A stretch of 64,000 nucleotides of DNA from the human T2T-CHM13v2.0 reference genome, Homo sapiens. The DNA lies in the NCBI RefSeq assembly GCF_009914755.1, contig NC_060934.1. One strand, written 5' to 3'. Within the stretch, counting starts at the first letter, position 1, and every line of letters begins with the position of its first letter. Positions 62,131-64,000 of this stretch are shown here, piece by piece. A program made the translations under genes and the position numbers. The notes below the pieces were generated by a model. The model saw only the letters and a program-made list of their open reading frames with translations. It searched no databases and had not been told where the DNA came from.

Positions 62131-64000
62131 ACTGACTAAGCCGTGTTTTACATTCCATCCACGAGGACTGTGTACATCGAATCCATCTGCTTTTGACTGC
62201 TGCTTAGTATACCATGCTGTGCACCCACCACACTGTACCTCTCTACTCTGCCAGCAATGACACCCAAGTGGCCTCTATCTGTCCTTAGGAGCCAATGTGG
62301 GAAAGTCTTTGGATATATGCCCAGGAGCAAGACTGATTGCTCTGTCAATGAATATGTGTATATACCTCCACTAACTGCTCTCTAGAATTCCTGTTGAATC
62401 TCCCAGGAGCTTCCTATCCTGCACCCCCAACAAAGGCTTTCAAAGAGGCTGCTGACCCGTCCTGAGAGAAAGAGCTTCCTGGAGATGTTCTCAAATTGCT
62501 TCTAGAATCTTCCAGGCCTCCTTGTTCTGCTGTGGGTCACAGCATAGAACAAATCTATCCCTTCTTGTCCATGACACTGCTGAAGCCTGGAGCTTAGAAA
62601 ACACCACCACCTTATTTAGGCAAAGGCCCCCAGATCCTTCGCTTCACATGATAGTTGAGAGTGGGTGGGTAGTGGTTATTAAGATAAACAAGCTCTGGAG
62701 TCAGAAGGATACGCCCGGCTTTCCAGTGACTGTGGTGCCTCAGGCAGGATCCCTGCACCTGAGCTTTCTCATCTGTAAAATGGAGTCATACTGCTCACCT
62801 TGCAGGGAGGTCCCAGAAGTCGACAAGATGCCTGCATGCAGTACAACAGCACAGTGCTCCAGCAACATGTGTCCAGCTAGTGCAGGTTCCCTGCTCCCTG
62901 TCACTGGTCTGGGGCCTGCATCCGCTGAGCAGCAGCCCAGATGCCTGGGGATAAGCCCACAGAGTTTGGCCAGCAGAGTCTCAGCCTGAGTTCACCACCC
63001 AGATAACCCAGATGTCGGCTCACATAGAAAGGAACAAGGGTTGAGCCTCAGATGTCTCCTAAAAGCACTATGGCTCCCGGAGCCCCTCACCACCACTCAT
63101 AGAAGGCCAAAGCCCCAGATTTGGCCTCCGCTGAGAGCACCAACAAGAAAGTTCCTGGACATACTGATATTCATAGGCCATTGACAAGAAGCTGTACAGA
63201 TCATGGCAGAGAGACCACAGGAGGTAGGAGGGTCCTGAAAGTTGCGAAAACCCAGGCTCAGTGGGAGGAAGTAATTTTGCCTGGGGTCACCCAGCCAGTG
63301 GGTAGCAAGGCTGACACCGAGACGGAGAAGACTCTTGACCACAGAGAAGCGCTATGCAGGAGTCCCCGGGCCCCGTAAACTGGCAGCCAGGTTCCCTAAC
63401 GGGAGGAGCTTGCCTACCCTTAGACTCTGGGGTGACCTGGCCTCTCAGTTCCCTGAAGGCAGGCTCTGCGTATGAGACCAGGGGCCCAGTCCACGGCCTT
63501 GAATGCTGGGGGACACAGGAATTGCTTACTCCAGGAGCTGTGTCCCCAATAAGAAGACTGGCTATAGGGCAGCCGGGGTTGGGGGGTGTGGCAGGGAGGG
63601 GCTGGTCATCACCTGCCTGGAGCAGGAACCATGTGACAGGCGAGCGAGCCAGCAAGGAGGGGTGGGAGAGGCCAGGAGTCCATGGCAAATGGAGGCTCAG
63701 ACAGGAAAAGACGCAGAGACAGGCTGTTTTCAGAAGGCAGGGTTATAAGCAGACGTGACTCCTCGGAGAAGAGGAAAAGAAAGAACAAGTGCTAGGAGTG
63801 CCCACTCACCTCCTTCGCTTTCTCTGGAGCTCATGTGGGTACAAATGTCATACCACACAGCTGCCAGCAGCCTGGCCTCGCTCGTCCCAGCCTCTTGCTG
63901 GGTGTGGGGGCTAAAGAAAGGTGCTGCCTATGGTAGTTCTTGAGTCTCTTCTTTCAAGCAGGGCCCCCATTTTCCCTATTAATAATGGCTGGGAAGAAAA

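Overview
Human (primate) genomic DNA, dense in Alu, L1, MIR and LTR repeats, not prokaryotic. It holds the complete coding structure of NPFFR1 (neuropeptide FF receptor 1 / GPR147, class A GPCR) on the minus strand. Four coding segments (38638-38644, 21023-21337, 15588-15687, 9906-10776) are all bounded by GT-AG and sum to 1293 nt = 430 aa + stop. The gene has a promoter CpG island, a second CpG island over the last exon, and a probable ~7.6 kb 3' UTR ending near 2275. The last coding exon, 3' UTR and poly(A) site of LRRC20 (minus strand) lie at ~53945-56482, with its last intron running to the window end. This gene pair is recalled as human chr10q22. Almost all other ORFs in the track are repeat-derived or GC shadows. 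I found no convincing new protein-coding system, CRISPR array or RNA gene. The most interesting observations are structural or regulatory: an inverted-Alu cluster in the NPFFR1 3' UTR; a full-length HERV-K(HML-2) LTR5A-like solo LTR nested in an Alu, antisense in intron 3; a composite core+microsatellite array just after exon 1; an AluYg6-type young insertion; two in-place micro-inversions inside repeats; and several candidate cryptic exons. Repeat subfamily names are from recognition of consensus sequence, not a RepeatMasker run, and most repeat boundaries are approximate.
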